Shown: positions 12,301 to 27,300 of the stretch, in pieces
Layout: each line of letters opens with the position of its first letter
How positions within the stretch are numbered: position 1 is the first letter of the stretch
Source of the DNA: Balanoglossus misakiensis
Taxonomy: Eukaryota; Animalia; Hemichordata
Length of the DNA: 64,000 nucleotides
NCBI GenBank assembly: GCA_040954595.2
Contig: CM082579.2
Span: 11,211,625-11,275,624 of the forward strand
Direction: 5' to 3'
Notes under the pieces: model-generated
Told to the model about the DNA's origin: nothing
Databases searched by the model: none
Seen by the model: only the letters and a program-made list of their open reading frames with translations
Program-made: the position numbers and the translations under genes

Positions 12301-15300
12301 GTGTGTGATAAGTACAAGTGAGCTCTGAAAACTGAAATGGACATAATTGTAAAAATTGGAAACTTAGAATAGTCAAGAAATTTGAGTGTGATCATTGACC
12401 AGTGTCATTCGATAGACACTGACATCCTCAAATTTATCTAGTCATCGTCAAAGGATTCAGAATGAGTATTACCTGCAGATGAAGTAGGCAATCCAACATA
12501 ACAGTCATCCTGGCAAAGCTGTTTTGCATCATAGAACACTCGTCCAACCTGTTGTGAAAATCAGACCCTTATGTTACAATGGCAATCTACTGCCTGTGCA
12601 AATTTTATTTGGTGAATCAAGTTGGAATATCCTAATCCATGTTACAGGCTCTGGGCAGGTATCCTACATACCGTACATGTATTAAATTGTGGAATTTCGG
12701 ACAAATGTACATTTGACTTTGAGATGCTTCCAAAGTAAAGCTATGCATATTTGTGATATCATTGGCCAATGATGCAAAACTTACTTTATTTTTCTTCATT
12801 GGTTCCAGCTCTATATCAGCACCTGATTTTTTGCCACTTTTAAAATAAAATCTTGGGTCCTGTTTTTCAGGCTTGATATCCTCCAGTGTCATGGGATGTT
12901 TAAAAGAGCTGAGTAAGGTTAAACTTTGATAAACCAGACGACCCTATTCAGAAAAAAATACATTAGCCATTAATAAAATCAATACGAAGATCAGTGGATG
13001 TGTATGACTGGGTAAGTGACTCAATATACGACTTGGTATACACCTCTAATCAAATGGAATGTTGGATATAACCCTCCAATGAGAGGGAATAATTCTGTTA
13101 TTCCCTCTAATTAAAGAGATTAATTTGGGTGATCTCTGATTGGCAAAAATTACTTGGGACACTCTCCCCTAAAATTAGAGGAAATAGTTGAGTGTACATT
13201 TTGTTTCATTTTCTACTAGTTAGAAATGTTATGTGAATTGGGTTACCAGCATGTTGTACCATTTTACATACTGACAAAATCTGCATTTGATGTAACACAG
13301 AGATAGTCAGGCACGAACGCACACACAAACTCACTTAGGATGAGTCCCCATAAAAATAGTTCCCCTGCAATAGGTAAAATTGCCAAAACATAATAACGTC
13401 AATTAATGTTACTTCCATAACGAAAGAGTACAAACTTACAGGAAAAGTGGGTCTAAAGTGTATCTCTTCAGGTTTTGCTTGTAGACTCCCATCTGCAGTT
13501 CTCATGATTACAGCAATACTGATCACTTCATATGGAGATTTCAGTAACACCTCACTGATAAACTGCCCTTCCTGGTTGGGACCAATCACTTCTATTCTAA
13601 AAACAGCATAATGATATGGGGGTAGCACCAACTGTAAATAAAAGACATGAAATAACAATTGTTACTACACCTCATCTGTGTGCCCTCTAACAAACATAAT
13701 TTTTAAAAGCCTTGAGTCAATTTGATGTTTTATTAAAAATTCTCTGAGTCAGCCCTACACCTTTGCATGTAGTGTAGAAAATTTTCTCGAGTCACTAGTG
13801 GGTTTGTTGAGTCAGTGGGGTGCCATATGGGCTTAGAGGGCGCACTGCACCTCATATACTACATGTATGTCGTCCTGGGGATTGGCTGACCCACTTTTAG
13901 CAGATCTGTCCCACCCAATATACAAAATGTACTACTTGCTGTTGTACTTACTGGGTCAGTGTTGATTTCAGAGATGTTATGCACTCTGGAGAGATAAATG
14001 CCAGTACCAGGCTCTACACCAAGTAGATCCACTCTTGCCCCATCTATGTTACAACCCCATTCATAGAGAGGAATCTGCCAATAAAATGAGAAGACACATC
14101 AATCACAATAAATACCGTAATTAACTGAATACATTTTGGTGTCAAAGTCATGCCAAGTTCGTTCCCCTCTTTGCCATGACAAGTGAAATGTACATGTTCA
14201 CCTTTGCTCTTGTACATGTAGCTATAGTTACCATGGTAAATTGAGATCTAGCCAATCACAGAAAAAAAGAGTGCCACAGTTACAGTATATTCTTTAGAAC
14301 ACTCAAATACGCCATTTCAGCCATACCGGTTTATGGGCGTATGTAACTGTTCTTTCAGTGTGGTCTTGACACAAACAAAAACAAGATGCTAAGGTTTACC
14401 TCCACAGGATTTTCATTGATGACTGTAAAAGTCATACTTCTCATGTCACCAATACCCATTGTACCAAAATTGATTTGGTTTCCTTCTGCCGAATGTACGA
14501 TATACTGCAAAACAAATTTGCATGATTCATGAAATTATGATTATGAGCATTATTGCATATGTACTGAAGATTTTTCTGTGCTTCACTACTACATAACTTT
14601 GGTATTGCCTCTCATCACAGTAAACATGGAGAAAATGTCAGCTGTCAAGCCATCAATCTGGTGCTACAACATACAAAGCAAGAATTGTGGAATTTATAGA
14701 AAAGAAGACATACATACCTGAAGTGTGCCATTGTAGCAGTGTACAGGGATAGTAAATACAGATGCATTTGTATTGAGACGCAATGCCGTCGAAAGACGCA
14801 ACGATGTTGAGCTGTTGAATCGAATTTTTAAAGACACATCTGTTTCTTCTGGTGCTATGAAAATAGGACCATTAAAATTTTCAATCTGAAAAGACAAAAT
14901 GTGATAAATTTTTTATCTGACTTGTAAAATCCACAGCAATCTAGCAAGTACAGATGAACACATGTATTGTGTAGACATCATTGTGTGCATTTAAAGCCAG
15001 GGAAAGATGGTCTTTTTTTCTTAATGTTTGACCACCCTGGTTTCGGTGTGCATGTGAAGTACTACAAATTACAAACAATTATGATTTCTACATATTACTT
15101 TCCTTGAACTTAAATGTTGTTTTTTAACAATTATTCCACATTCTACATGAAAAGTAACATTCATTATTCCTCAAGACTGGTGGTTTGTTCTTTAGCTGTT
15201 GGCAACTATCTACACCTCTGTCATTGATGAGGAATATTAATATCACCAGAATATACTCACAGAGAAAATATGGCTCACATCCTCTGGCACACTGACATCA

Positions 15301-18300
15301 TAAATAACCAGAGCAAAATTGAAGAGATTTGTCAGTGTCAATTCACGCACAACTGGTTCATATGGTGGTTGGCCTATGTAAAACATAGTACTGTCTTTGT
15401 TGTAACTGAGAGTACTGCAAAAGAAGCAAATATGCAAAAATGTAATTGACATCATCATAGGCGTGAAACACACTTTGACAAGATGATACTATCAAAGCCA
15501 TTCCAAACAGTTTTAGATAGTTTGACAAGGCTGCCAGAACTAGGTAGACATAGCCATCTATCACCACGCATTTGCCCAGTCTTTTTTCCACAGTTATGAT
15601 AGAACTTCTGAAAATTTTTGTATTTTTCAAATAATGATTATAAAACAAACCAAATTCATGCAGTAACGAATATATTTTTTTAAGACCGGTAACACTGAAC
15701 ATTTACTCACCCTTGTAAAACATATGCTTGATATGGTATTTGAAGCCTGTAATTTTTCTCTTTCGTTTTGATAATTATTTTTCCAGACCAATGTCGTGAA
15801 TTTGTAGCTTTTGATGGGTGAAATGTTACATCTGCAACCTTTGTATGTTTTTCTGGTGATTTTAATACCAATGGTTTGAAATCAATAGTGACTGCTTCAT
15901 TTACCCTGACCAATGTAACACTCTGTGAATTGAAAAAAAAGGATATATTGTTACGCACAGATTATCTGAACACTGGGTGGCCTTTTGTGAAACAAAATTC
16001 TTATTGATATGGTCACCATTCACTGTCAATGGCCAGTTTGTGTTGATTCTGAGATTCTGAGCAACAACAATTGCTATACTTTCTGCAAAAGTCAATATTG
16101 CTTTGAATGATGTTGCATAGTCTACGGTTAGATGTACCAAAGTCTACTAGAAGACTGTCAAAAGCTTGGTATTTTTCCCTGTTGGATCAAGACAAAGAAA
16201 ATCAGCCTGTTTCAAAACTGGTGTGTGGAGGAAGGAAGGTCTAGCCAATCACTTCATTTGTCATCAACAATGTAAGAATCATACACATAGCGGACACAAG
16301 TTGGAACATCAAATATTTGTAGCGTCAGGAGTGACTGATGCACACAAAACAAAGAGGAGATGAAAATGGTACAGCTGAGCTGCCCCTTTTATCATTATTT
16401 TTCAACACCACCATTTTGTCAAAGAAGGCAGACTCACAAATAGTAACACAAAACTTACTGTGATATGAACAGGCTTTTGTCCTGTGTTTATCAAATAAAT
16501 CTGTACAGTTCTCGGTTCATCTAGGGTCCGTAATGTTCCAAAATCAAGCATTTCCAAAGACGAATAAATACCAGGTGCTGCAAAAAAAGATAGGTCGTAG
16601 TAATTATTTGTGCAATTCAATACAAACACAGAGAGATTGATCTCGTACTTGTAGTTGAATAACTGTGATTTGTTTGCATGATATATTTTCATAAGTAACA
16701 TATACACACAACAGGTCTATGTTCAAGTTCAACATAAACTAAAAGTCAGTATGATGTCTACACTTTCAGACATGAATGCTACTTTTATTTTGGTCATTGC
16801 AGTGGAGTATTGGGGCTTCCAACTTCCAAAATGCCACATGGAAACCTCTGGCAACCAAGTGTCTTCCCCAGGATTTTCTGGCAGAGTGCTGTAGTGGCTA
16901 ATTTACATAACAATATGGATAAGTGTATCTCTGGGGAGAACACTGAAGACCACCCCTAACTTCAAATTTCTCACGGATATCTTTTAGTCAGCATCATAAT
17001 CTCACATCAATATTTGGAAACTCACTTCATTCCACAAATATCAATACTTTTTATACCTTGATGTCAAGTATGCATGTGCAACTACAATGTACAAGGCATA
17101 TTGATTGCCACAGGAATTCATTGTAATCAGAGTGTGACATTCTGACCAAGACACCAATGTAGGTCATTCTCACTAAAATACCGAGACACGTCTCTATGAA
17201 AATCTTCAGTAGCATTGCAATCGGCAATGTGCGAATAAAGCCAACCAATCTGTCCCATGTGTATCAACATGCCATTTTGTGAAGTTTCTATCTGACCATG
17301 CAAGATGGGCAGGCAATCACTTGCATGAATTGTGTGTCTTCTCCACATTGACTTGATTTGAATGTAATATTATGAAAATGTGCAAAAAGATGCAGCTGCT
17401 GACATTTATAGAATGATTGACATGCATGAGGTTACAACAGTGTCAACATTGCAACTTCCGCAATACAAGTCGGTTTGCAAAATGATGGCATTACAGTAAA
17501 ACCTGTCTACACAGAACCCTGTCTAATCTGGAAACCTGTCTATACCGAACACATTTTCCAGTACCTTTGACATAGAAGCACATGTTAAAGAACCTTTATA
17601 AACCGGACATCTCTACAAACCGAACAGTTTCTTCAGTTTCTTTGGTGTTCGGTTTAGACAGGTTTTACTGTATATGTAGAATACTGTAAAACACTTTATT
17701 TTCGCGAGCAATTAATTTTCGCCAAAGACGCGAGAGCCAAAATAGCGTGAAAATAAAAAGTCACGTAAATTGTTTTTGAAGATAACGATGCAGTGACTGA
17801 AATAAGAGAACGCGAAAATTAATACTCGCGAAACAGTGGCCTCACTCGATATCGCGAAAAATTTAACTCGCGAAAATAAAGTGTTTTACAGAAATTGCAG
17901 TAAATATAGGCTTACCCGATGAGACTTCAACTTCCACAGGAAGAATGACAAACTCTTCTTCCTCCTCAGTCTGGTTTGTTTTTATCCTTATAAAGGCTGT
18001 ATGATTACTTTCAACACGCCCAACAAAGCTGGCCCTCATGACAGACTTGGTCTGAAAAGGTGGGATTTCCTACAAAACAGAAATTGTACAAAACTTTTAT
18101 TTTCATTTCAACGCACAATGTGCCAACAAGAATGTATGTAAACTTGAAATAGAATGCACGATTCAAAACGTCTAAGTGGTATAATCACTTAACAAATATA
18201 TTTTTTTTTCAATTACCTTAGTACTACTAACAAGCGTTTCAAAGCCCAAAGCATAACGATTGTGTTTCAATCCCCACCCATGATGATTTCTGTAAACTCA

Positions 18301-21300
18301 GTTAGAATGAGTTTCTCAGAATGAATGAATGAATGAATGAATGAATGAATGAATGAACAAATGAACGAATGAGCAAAGCTGATGTGATTTCACTTTACTC
18401 AGCCCAAAGATCTTACTGAGAGAAATAAAGTGTTGTGTTTATTGATGTTTCAGTGACTAAAAACTGAGTAAATTGTAGTGTTGAAACTACTCACCCAGAA
18501 TGACTGTGAAGCCTCTCTTTCTCCAGTGGGTAACTCCAAATGTAAATCTCCACCACTAGAATACATCTCTGTAACCTGCAAATTCACACAAGACAATTCA
18601 TTCAATATCTGAGTACTCCTATTTTTTGAAAGACTTCTCAGTGCAAACCAGGCAACATCACAAAGGACTATGTACATCTCAAAATATGCACATTATTTTA
18701 TTTCTAGACTATAATATATGCAAGTGAACCTCCACAAAGCAAATGACTAATCCAGGTCTGCTCTCAACTTCGATATAAGATGACTGTGCTAGGGAATTGG
18801 CTTGAGCGAAGATTAGTTTTAAATGACAAAAAAATTATCACAATCATTCAAAACTTCCAATTTCATAATAAAATTCATACAAAATTCTTCACAAATTCTG
18901 ATTTCCACCACCTGTATCCTAAATTACACAAATCAGATTTTAAAACTCCTGATGACATACATACATACATACCTGTATTGTCTGACTGAATGGATTGTGC
19001 ATATTGATAAGTGGTGAAAAACTTGTATTTACAGGTACCCTGGCCCCTAAAAACGGTCTTAATCTGTACGGATTGGGTATCCCAACACCAAACACCTACA
19101 ACAAAGTCAAACATCAGGCTGGGTAAGATTTCTGAGTTTATAGAATGTAAACATATAGGTACATGTAGTAGCGATACCAGATCAAATTGGTGAAATTATG
19201 AAAATTCATACATGTACGTAAAAGTACTTTATCCTTAAGATATTTTACACCGCAGGGGGGGGGGGGATGTTCAGAAAATTGCCAGTCCTCCAAACTTTTC
19301 AATTCTTTGCTATAATTAATTCTGTAGTCTTTTTGAAAACAGAAGAAACGGGATGTTCCCCATCTTGTGTTCATAAAAATCACTACTTTAATTTTCCCCC
19401 TTAAACCTAACAGTAACACAGAGAATTGCAGCCATTTTGAATTTCAAATTTCACACAATTTTGCTGTATCATCCAAAATTTTGCATGGTGACCCCAATTT
19501 TTATTCTCCATTTTAAGACAGAATAATCTTAAAGGAGAAGATAAGTCCAGCTGATTTCTACACAATGTGCTAGCTTAGAGGTCACTTTTTTACAAAAACG
19601 GGTGAAAATTTGCAGAATTTCCATTATGGCACTTACTTACTGTATTTGAATCATGGGAAAATGTGGCAGACTTGACTTCTGCTCAAAATGTGGGTGATAC
19701 CATTTTTTGATAGGTGTCACTGCACACCAGGCTGGGTGCATTTGCATAACTATTGTTTGTACTCATACTGATATTCATCTAATATTAAAATCTAATATGG
19801 TATCAGTTGGCAATTACCTGGTATGGATACAATCCCCTATTGGTATGAATGTATAATGAATTTTCTGCATTGCCAACAATTCTTGCTAAAAACACCACAT
19901 CAAATGTTGTATTTCCACCCGGAGGTACTAACTGCAAAGTCACAAGAAACAAACACTCAATTAAATGCAAGCACTCAATCAACAATAAAATATCAAAATT
20001 TATCAAGAGATTTACCCAGTATTAAATGTACCTGGGCAAAGTCAATGTTATTGCATTAAAATAAATGCAGTGTTTTCCTAATAAAGTGTCAAATATGCAT
20101 AATAGAAATTAGTGTTACACTGATGACTTGTTACTGGTCTCTGGTTTGTTATGAATATGTAAAATGCTTATATAACACACTGGCATGATTGGAGGTTAAA
20201 GGTCAGATCATTAGACTAATTTCTCACAAACACCAATTCTTTATACAATGTATATAAACCATCTTGAGTTTTGCAGCTCTCTTGGAAAAATGAATGTCAA
20301 TAAGTGTATATACAAACCTTGTCTTGAAAAAAAGATGAGTGGAAATGTGGTGTATTGCCTGATATTGATAACATTCTAATATTGTTTTCTGGATGAGGAT
20401 TGTGAATAACAACTGTTTCTATTTTTGGCATACCAATAGGCCTGCAGAAAGAACATATATGTACAGTTTTTTGCAAGGTGTATACAAACATCAGTAAAAG
20501 CTGGTCATTGGTTGTATTGCTGAACAGAAACCCTGGTCATGCCCAAATCTCACCAGTTTTGCACAATAACACAGGTTATAAATTTGTATTCAAGTTCAGA
20601 TTAGAATTCATTTGTCAACAATAACAGTGGTTACTAAACTGTAAACAGCTACAGGCTGTGTTGACAGGCAGAATACTGGGCATTTTAGCATGCTATAAAA
20701 TTCCGCACTGAATCCTAACTAAGTACCAGGGTGTATAATTTTACTTAAATGTTCTTTTCAACTGATGAGTCCTCATCAATGGGAAGGCAAGACACCCACA
20801 GCAATTGTGGACTCAAAATCCAAGACATCCATTTTTTACTATCACAATTGGGGGAAAACTCCTTTTCATAATTTAATATCTTGAAATAATAGAAAGATAC
20901 ACACATACTGAGAACATAAAAGGTTCAATAATAGCTGCATACTTACTGTTCTCCAAAATCTAACATTGATGGTTCAATAATAATACCTCCACTACCAGGC
21001 TGCCTGATACTATCAACATTTTTCCCATTACTGTATAAAGAGAAAACAAAAATAGCAAAAGTTATCATACTTTGAATTCATCTAACTGAGACAATCCTTC
21101 GAAAAATGCAAACCATTTTAAAGGAGCCTCTCTGAGACAAAAAAATGGCTCAAACTGAGGAAATAAGGGAATAGGGTAATTAAGTGATTAATTCTATTTA
21201 TAATATTAATGATCATCTGCAGTATAATCTATATTGAAGACAAATTCATTTTCATTTCACTAGTGATCATAGATGCAGTACATACTAAGAATCATCTTTT

Positions 21301-24300
21301 GTAAATGTTACATTATAAACCCACATATAAGACAGTAACAACAAAAGGGGAGCCAACACGTTGACATCTTTTGTCAATATTGAAAATGACTGCATCTATG
21401 CATCTATTGTGGCCACAGCCACTGCTTATATCAAGTGGTCATAATGCAAGGTTTTTTAATGCACCTGTTAGTTTGGTTGAACTGAAAATGGATGGATTGA
21501 TCAAGGGCGAGTTACATGTATACATCTGGCAAAATATGCACAAATTGATTGAGCAACATTTTTAAAGTACACATTTTTCTGTGATTCACATTCTAACAGT
21601 ACCAGTACACTTAAATAAATGGTGGACAACATGATAGTACCAGGCACTTTTGAGTCCTGGATGGGAGCAGGCCTTCACTGACTTGCATGGGAAGCATCAG
21701 TTAGTATCCTCAAAAATATAACAAATAAACAATACTGAATTTTGCATGTACATTTTATATGAAGCAAGTGGCAACACAATCAAAGAACTTTCAAATTCCA
21801 AGGAACTTTCAAGAAACCTCAAAGAGGAAGACTTCTTGAAGAAAACATTGATCAGTAGTGGTGATTGTTAACATAAAATTCTCCAGTGTACACTGAAAAC
21901 ACAGCATACAATGTAGTTGTAATGTGATGGAAGACATTATCTGAAAAACTGTGTCCTCAATATTTTGTCCTCAGCTTGAGACCGGCTGATTTACACTTAG
22001 TGTGCCTTCTAACAAACAAATTTTTAAAACCTTAGTCAAATTGAGGATTTCTAAAAGATTTCTCTGAGTCAGCCCTATACCTGTGCATGTACTGTGGAAA
22101 ATGTTCTTGAGTCACCAGTGAGTTTGTTGAGTTTTAGTGGCAAGTCATATACATGTAGGCTTAATAGAGGGCACAACGTATTGCACTGTATATTGTATTA
22201 CATTTGGCAGGTCAAAGGTCACAGACTAAACGTGTCTCCCTGTATTGGGATGCGTGTCTGCGCATATACATATACGGAAAGTTATTGTACAACTCCAGTG
22301 CCCTAGGTTACGACACAAGGTGTATAATAACATATCATACTGGAAGAAGCAAATTCAATGTATGGCATATTATATTCAAAATTAACAATTCCAAACTGAA
22401 AAGCACAATATAGTCAAATTTACAAATTAAGTACACAGGTCATACAGGCGAAAACCAGCATAGATTGAGTGACAACTTAATTATACCTGACTCAACATGG
22501 TATAAGACATATCCAATACACTTTTTCTTCTCCATCAAAATAGCAGACACAATGGCTATAGGTTCTTTTCTGACTTTTGCCCCAATACTTTTCTGAGATT
22601 TCTCAGTTTGCCAAGCATGTACTTACATAGATACACACCATAAATATATTAGGCACTCTGTCCAAGAGGAACTTTCATTTCAGAAAAGGGTTTTCTACTG
22701 GGCATACAAGGTGTGTGTCACATGAATGATATATTTGTGGTACTTATAAAGGATTCTTGACAAATAAATAATTAGGGTGAAAACCATGAGGTTACACATC
22801 ACTGCATTTTCTCATTTATCATTACAACAGATAATTACATGCCTACTTTTGTTGTATTAGTTGATGTATGATGATAGCTCTTATTACTTTGTTTTGCAGG
22901 CTATTTCACAGGTTCACATAAAGGTCAGAAATATAATGAAATTTGGCAGTGGGGGGAAACAGGGAGCTTGTTGCTTACTCAAGTTTTCCCATGATTCCAT
23001 GGAACGGTCAACCGAAACAGCCATAGCTGTTGATTATAGTGTTATAAATGCATACTGTTTACGTAGATCATGTTCCTCGAAATATGTGTGACAGTTTGAC
23101 CATTAATTTTTTTATGTTTATGACCATCATTGGTTTTCTCCAGTGCTGTGGGGAATGACTGGTGTGTGAATGGAACATAAGCCTGCCTTCAAATACTGTG
23201 ATTATCACGCATTTCTTCCTAGGTGATAAATATGTTAATTTTTTCCACGCTTTTAACTGCCTACTATGCAATTTACACCAAAAAAATTCTGAATACCTAT
23301 TGATGTACGCAAAGAAAAAAAAACTTTATTGAATCACTGCACTTAAGTTTTGGATTTCAACTTGAGATTGAGATCATAAGCTTCACTGCTAATATATTTT
23401 TACCTAAGGTTTTTGCACCATTGGCTGGTGATGTCACTTCACAGGTCAACTTGAAAATGTCTCAGATTCAGCTCCAACAAAATATTTTGTCCACATTTTT
23501 CAAAATTTCAGAAGGTAACACACAAGATACATGTAACTGTTCAGAGCCCCTGGCATGGATTAGGTTATCTGTCTATTCAGTAAAAATGTTTTTTTTTTTT
23601 TTTGAAAAGGCAAACATCCAACTTGTTATTCTGAAAAAAATTGATACAATACAATACAGGTACCTGTAACACAACTTACAAAAGTGTAAAGTATACCATC
23701 AACGAGCACTGAGGCAAGAAAGGTCAATACACTGGACTGGACTACCAGCAATGTTTTAAAGTGTATTCCAAACAGTAATAAAACCAACAGACATACGCTG
23801 ATTAAAATGTGCTAAAAATGTATTTCATGCAATTACACAGAAACATTTATTTTATATTCCTGATTAGGGTATGAGTGTCTGTTCTGAAAGGCTATTAAAT
23901 ACAACGGTGATGCCAAATATGATGCAGTTATCAATATTATTTTCAATAAAACAAGTCAAGGTATTATTCACTGGAAATTAATTGATGGCCAAATCATCTT
24001 TACATATACATTTGTAACTGCAAACAGATATAACACAGAACATTTAGTAGAATGCACACCCACAAAAAAAGGAATTTTCACCTTTCCCCATGAATTTCAG
24101 CTATACATGTTTGTAAATAACACACATACAATTTAATATCCAGGCATTATTTTTGAGCAAGCTGGTTGGTGAAAAGAAAACTCTTAACAAACAGGATGAA
24201 AGCCTTGAGAGAAAATAAACATCATCATCATCATCAACAACTACAAGGATACATGACTACAATTCACAACTGTTAATTCACAATCTTATTGTAATTTTTT

Positions 24301-27300
24301 CCCCACCGGCTATAAATTTCTTTCACAGATATCTATTTTGTTTCTATTTTTTTTTTTTTTTTACAAAATTATGAGTGGCAGGAGAAACCTAGATGAAAAC
24401 ACAATGCAATAAACAAATGTCACAAAGGTCAATTAGCCAAAATACATTTTCACACGAGTTTGGAGTCAGGGTACATACTAACTACATGTACATGTACATG
24501 TATGCTTGGTACAAAAAATAACTCTTCCATATTTGTTGTGGTTTAATAGTGCGTGTAAATGCTGGAATAATGATAGTTTCAATTTATTTTGTTCTGTTTC
24601 AATTCTGGCAATATCTCTTTGCAAGGCCTGTGGTGTCAATACATATGTCAAAGTTCAAAACTTTCTTGTATTTTCGAGCTTCCACACTTTTGTGTAGGGG
24701 AGAGAGGGGAGGGGGTGGGGATTGAGGTTAAACACAATTCATTTGTCATGTGTGCCTTTTAAAGGGGCAAAGTCTCTCTCTCTCGCTGCCCCTATTCCAT
24801 GAATTGTGTTTGATACAAGACACCATTTATGTTAATGTGCATGTGTATATGTAGTGAATGAACGTTCAACCACACACAACATCCATCCCGTCTGTAGAAT
24901 ATGAGAGAAAAAAACTCGCCAAAATAAATAAATGGTAAACACCAATTATTCATTTTGGCGAGTTTTTCACTCTTGTTTCTACAAGTGGGATGGAAGTTGT
25001 GTGTGATCGAACGTTGATTCATATATATCCACATGTAGAATAACATAAATGGTGTCCTGTATCAAACATAAATAATGGAAAAAAGGCAGCAAGAGAGAGA
25101 CTTTGTCCCTTTAATTATCCTCAGCCTCTACATCCGATGTATTTTTAGTATTTGGGATGCAATGTTCAAGCAACTTTTGCATTTGCAATTGAGCAAATTC
25201 AATGAGTTGTTGCCACTGGGTGGCACAAGTCTTTTTACGCAAGCGTCACAAACATTGCTGCATCAGCATTGTGGCTCTAGTGAGAAAATGGAGGACTAAT
25301 GAGATTGTGTACAAAACATTACCAAGACTCACTGCTATACTGTGTATTAGTGAGGAATTCCAGTACATTTAGCTATCCTGGCTTGCTGAGCATTGGCAGC
25401 TGGTTGTCTACCCACCCTATTTAGGGCTTTAATACAGATGTCAAGATAACAATTAGCTGTAAACAGTTGATACAGTTTGTGTATACAATGTATGTATTAT
25501 CGACAAAACATTTGTCAGTGGTCATCTATGGTGATTATTGCTCTAAACTGCATTCAACATAACATCAAATATCATCTATGACTGCCATTGAATATTGCAT
25601 CTTCAGTACACTAATAATATACTGCATCATGAAGGGCGGAGATGGCAGATTCATATTTTAGAGAATGTTTATTTGAAGGTTGTCATCAAAACATGTTATC
25701 CATAGTTACCCAGCCAAGGTTTCATGTATTGATTCCAGTATTAGTAGTTTTAACATGTGGCTACAATGTACAATGTTTTGCCTATTTAAAGCAACTGTCA
25801 TAATATTTGTGTCTGTAAACCAATTTAACATGTGTTTTAATAACCACATCAAAAATACACACTGCCAAAACACCTTTTTGGCTGATAAACAAACCAAACT
25901 TCACTAACACTCTTTTCAAATGTTGCAAAGAAGCAGGAGACAATCAACAGAATTAGAGAGCATAACAAGATATGGAGACATTGATTGTACCGAAGTCAAT
26001 CAAACACTGTCAAATTGGTAGTTTCGTTCACTGATTAGGATGTATTAGCAAAGTTGTGCTGTCATCCACCTCTGCCATAGTAATATCCATTGAGGCAATT
26101 ATAATTTGGGCAACTATTGATAGCCTGACACACTGACCTGGAAGTTAACAATTTTTATACCATCTGTGTAAAAATGCTAGCCATCTCAGCGATATGATTG
26201 CAGCTGGGAGGACAGGTAGTATTTTCAAACTCAACTGGTGCGTATGACCATTTCATATTTGTGTAAATGTTCCTGATTTTTCATTGAACTACAAATTTTC
26301 ATGGCCAGTTGTTTTTGCTGGCTATTTACTACATTACTGACACTGGCATTGAAATTCACTCAACTTTGCTGCAACCCTGCAATATACATTTTTACATAAA
26401 CTTGAGCACAAAAATTTCAACTTCATCTTTACTCTGGTTTCCTTTAGCAACACGTGTCAAAAGATGTTTCTATAAATGTAATTATAATACATGTAAGCCA
26501 GCATAAATTAATGATCATGTTTATATGAGCTTGTCCAGAACTGAAAAAATGTTAGTCTATGTCAATTAGACATGCTACTTAACCTTACATGGCATATAAA
26601 CAATTTTACACTCAACTTCCACTTTCAAACATGACCATTTATTACCTTTCTTGTTCCGTCTATCAGAACCATACCTATACATACAAACATACAAGAGACT
26701 ACACCATGCAAGTTATATGCTAATGATTTCAAGATCAAAGCAATTGTTCACAGTTCTTTGTTTGAGTCAACAAAACACAATGCAGTTCAAACACTTATCA
26801 ATATTTGACGAGGTCTTGGTGAAACCATGAGTAACAATGACATAATTGGACAAGTTATCCCGTTGTTACCTTGATAAACTTGACAGTTCAAGTGACAAGT
26901 GACTGAGAACAAGAACATCAATGCTTTGAACAGAAAACTATGCAAGTTGACCATTTAGCATAAAGAACGTGACCATTCACCATTTCCCCTCACTGTGTAC
27001 ACAAAAACAAACCTTGGATCGGGTGACCATGGCATGTTGATGTCCTGAATGATATACACAATCTACACAGGCCATTTTCAGTGAGGCAGTAAATAAAAGT
27101 GATAAATACCCACTTACATTCTATCGTTCCCTCTTAGACTTTGGCTACTCGGGAGTCCCATACCATCAGCTGACTGTAAAGTTGACAAAAAAAACTGTCA
27201 GACAGACGTGTCAACATTACAACAAATGTATTGTCAAACACACTGGAAAAACAATTGTCACTCACACAACGGAAAACAATATCGTAGAGGTAGAATTGAA

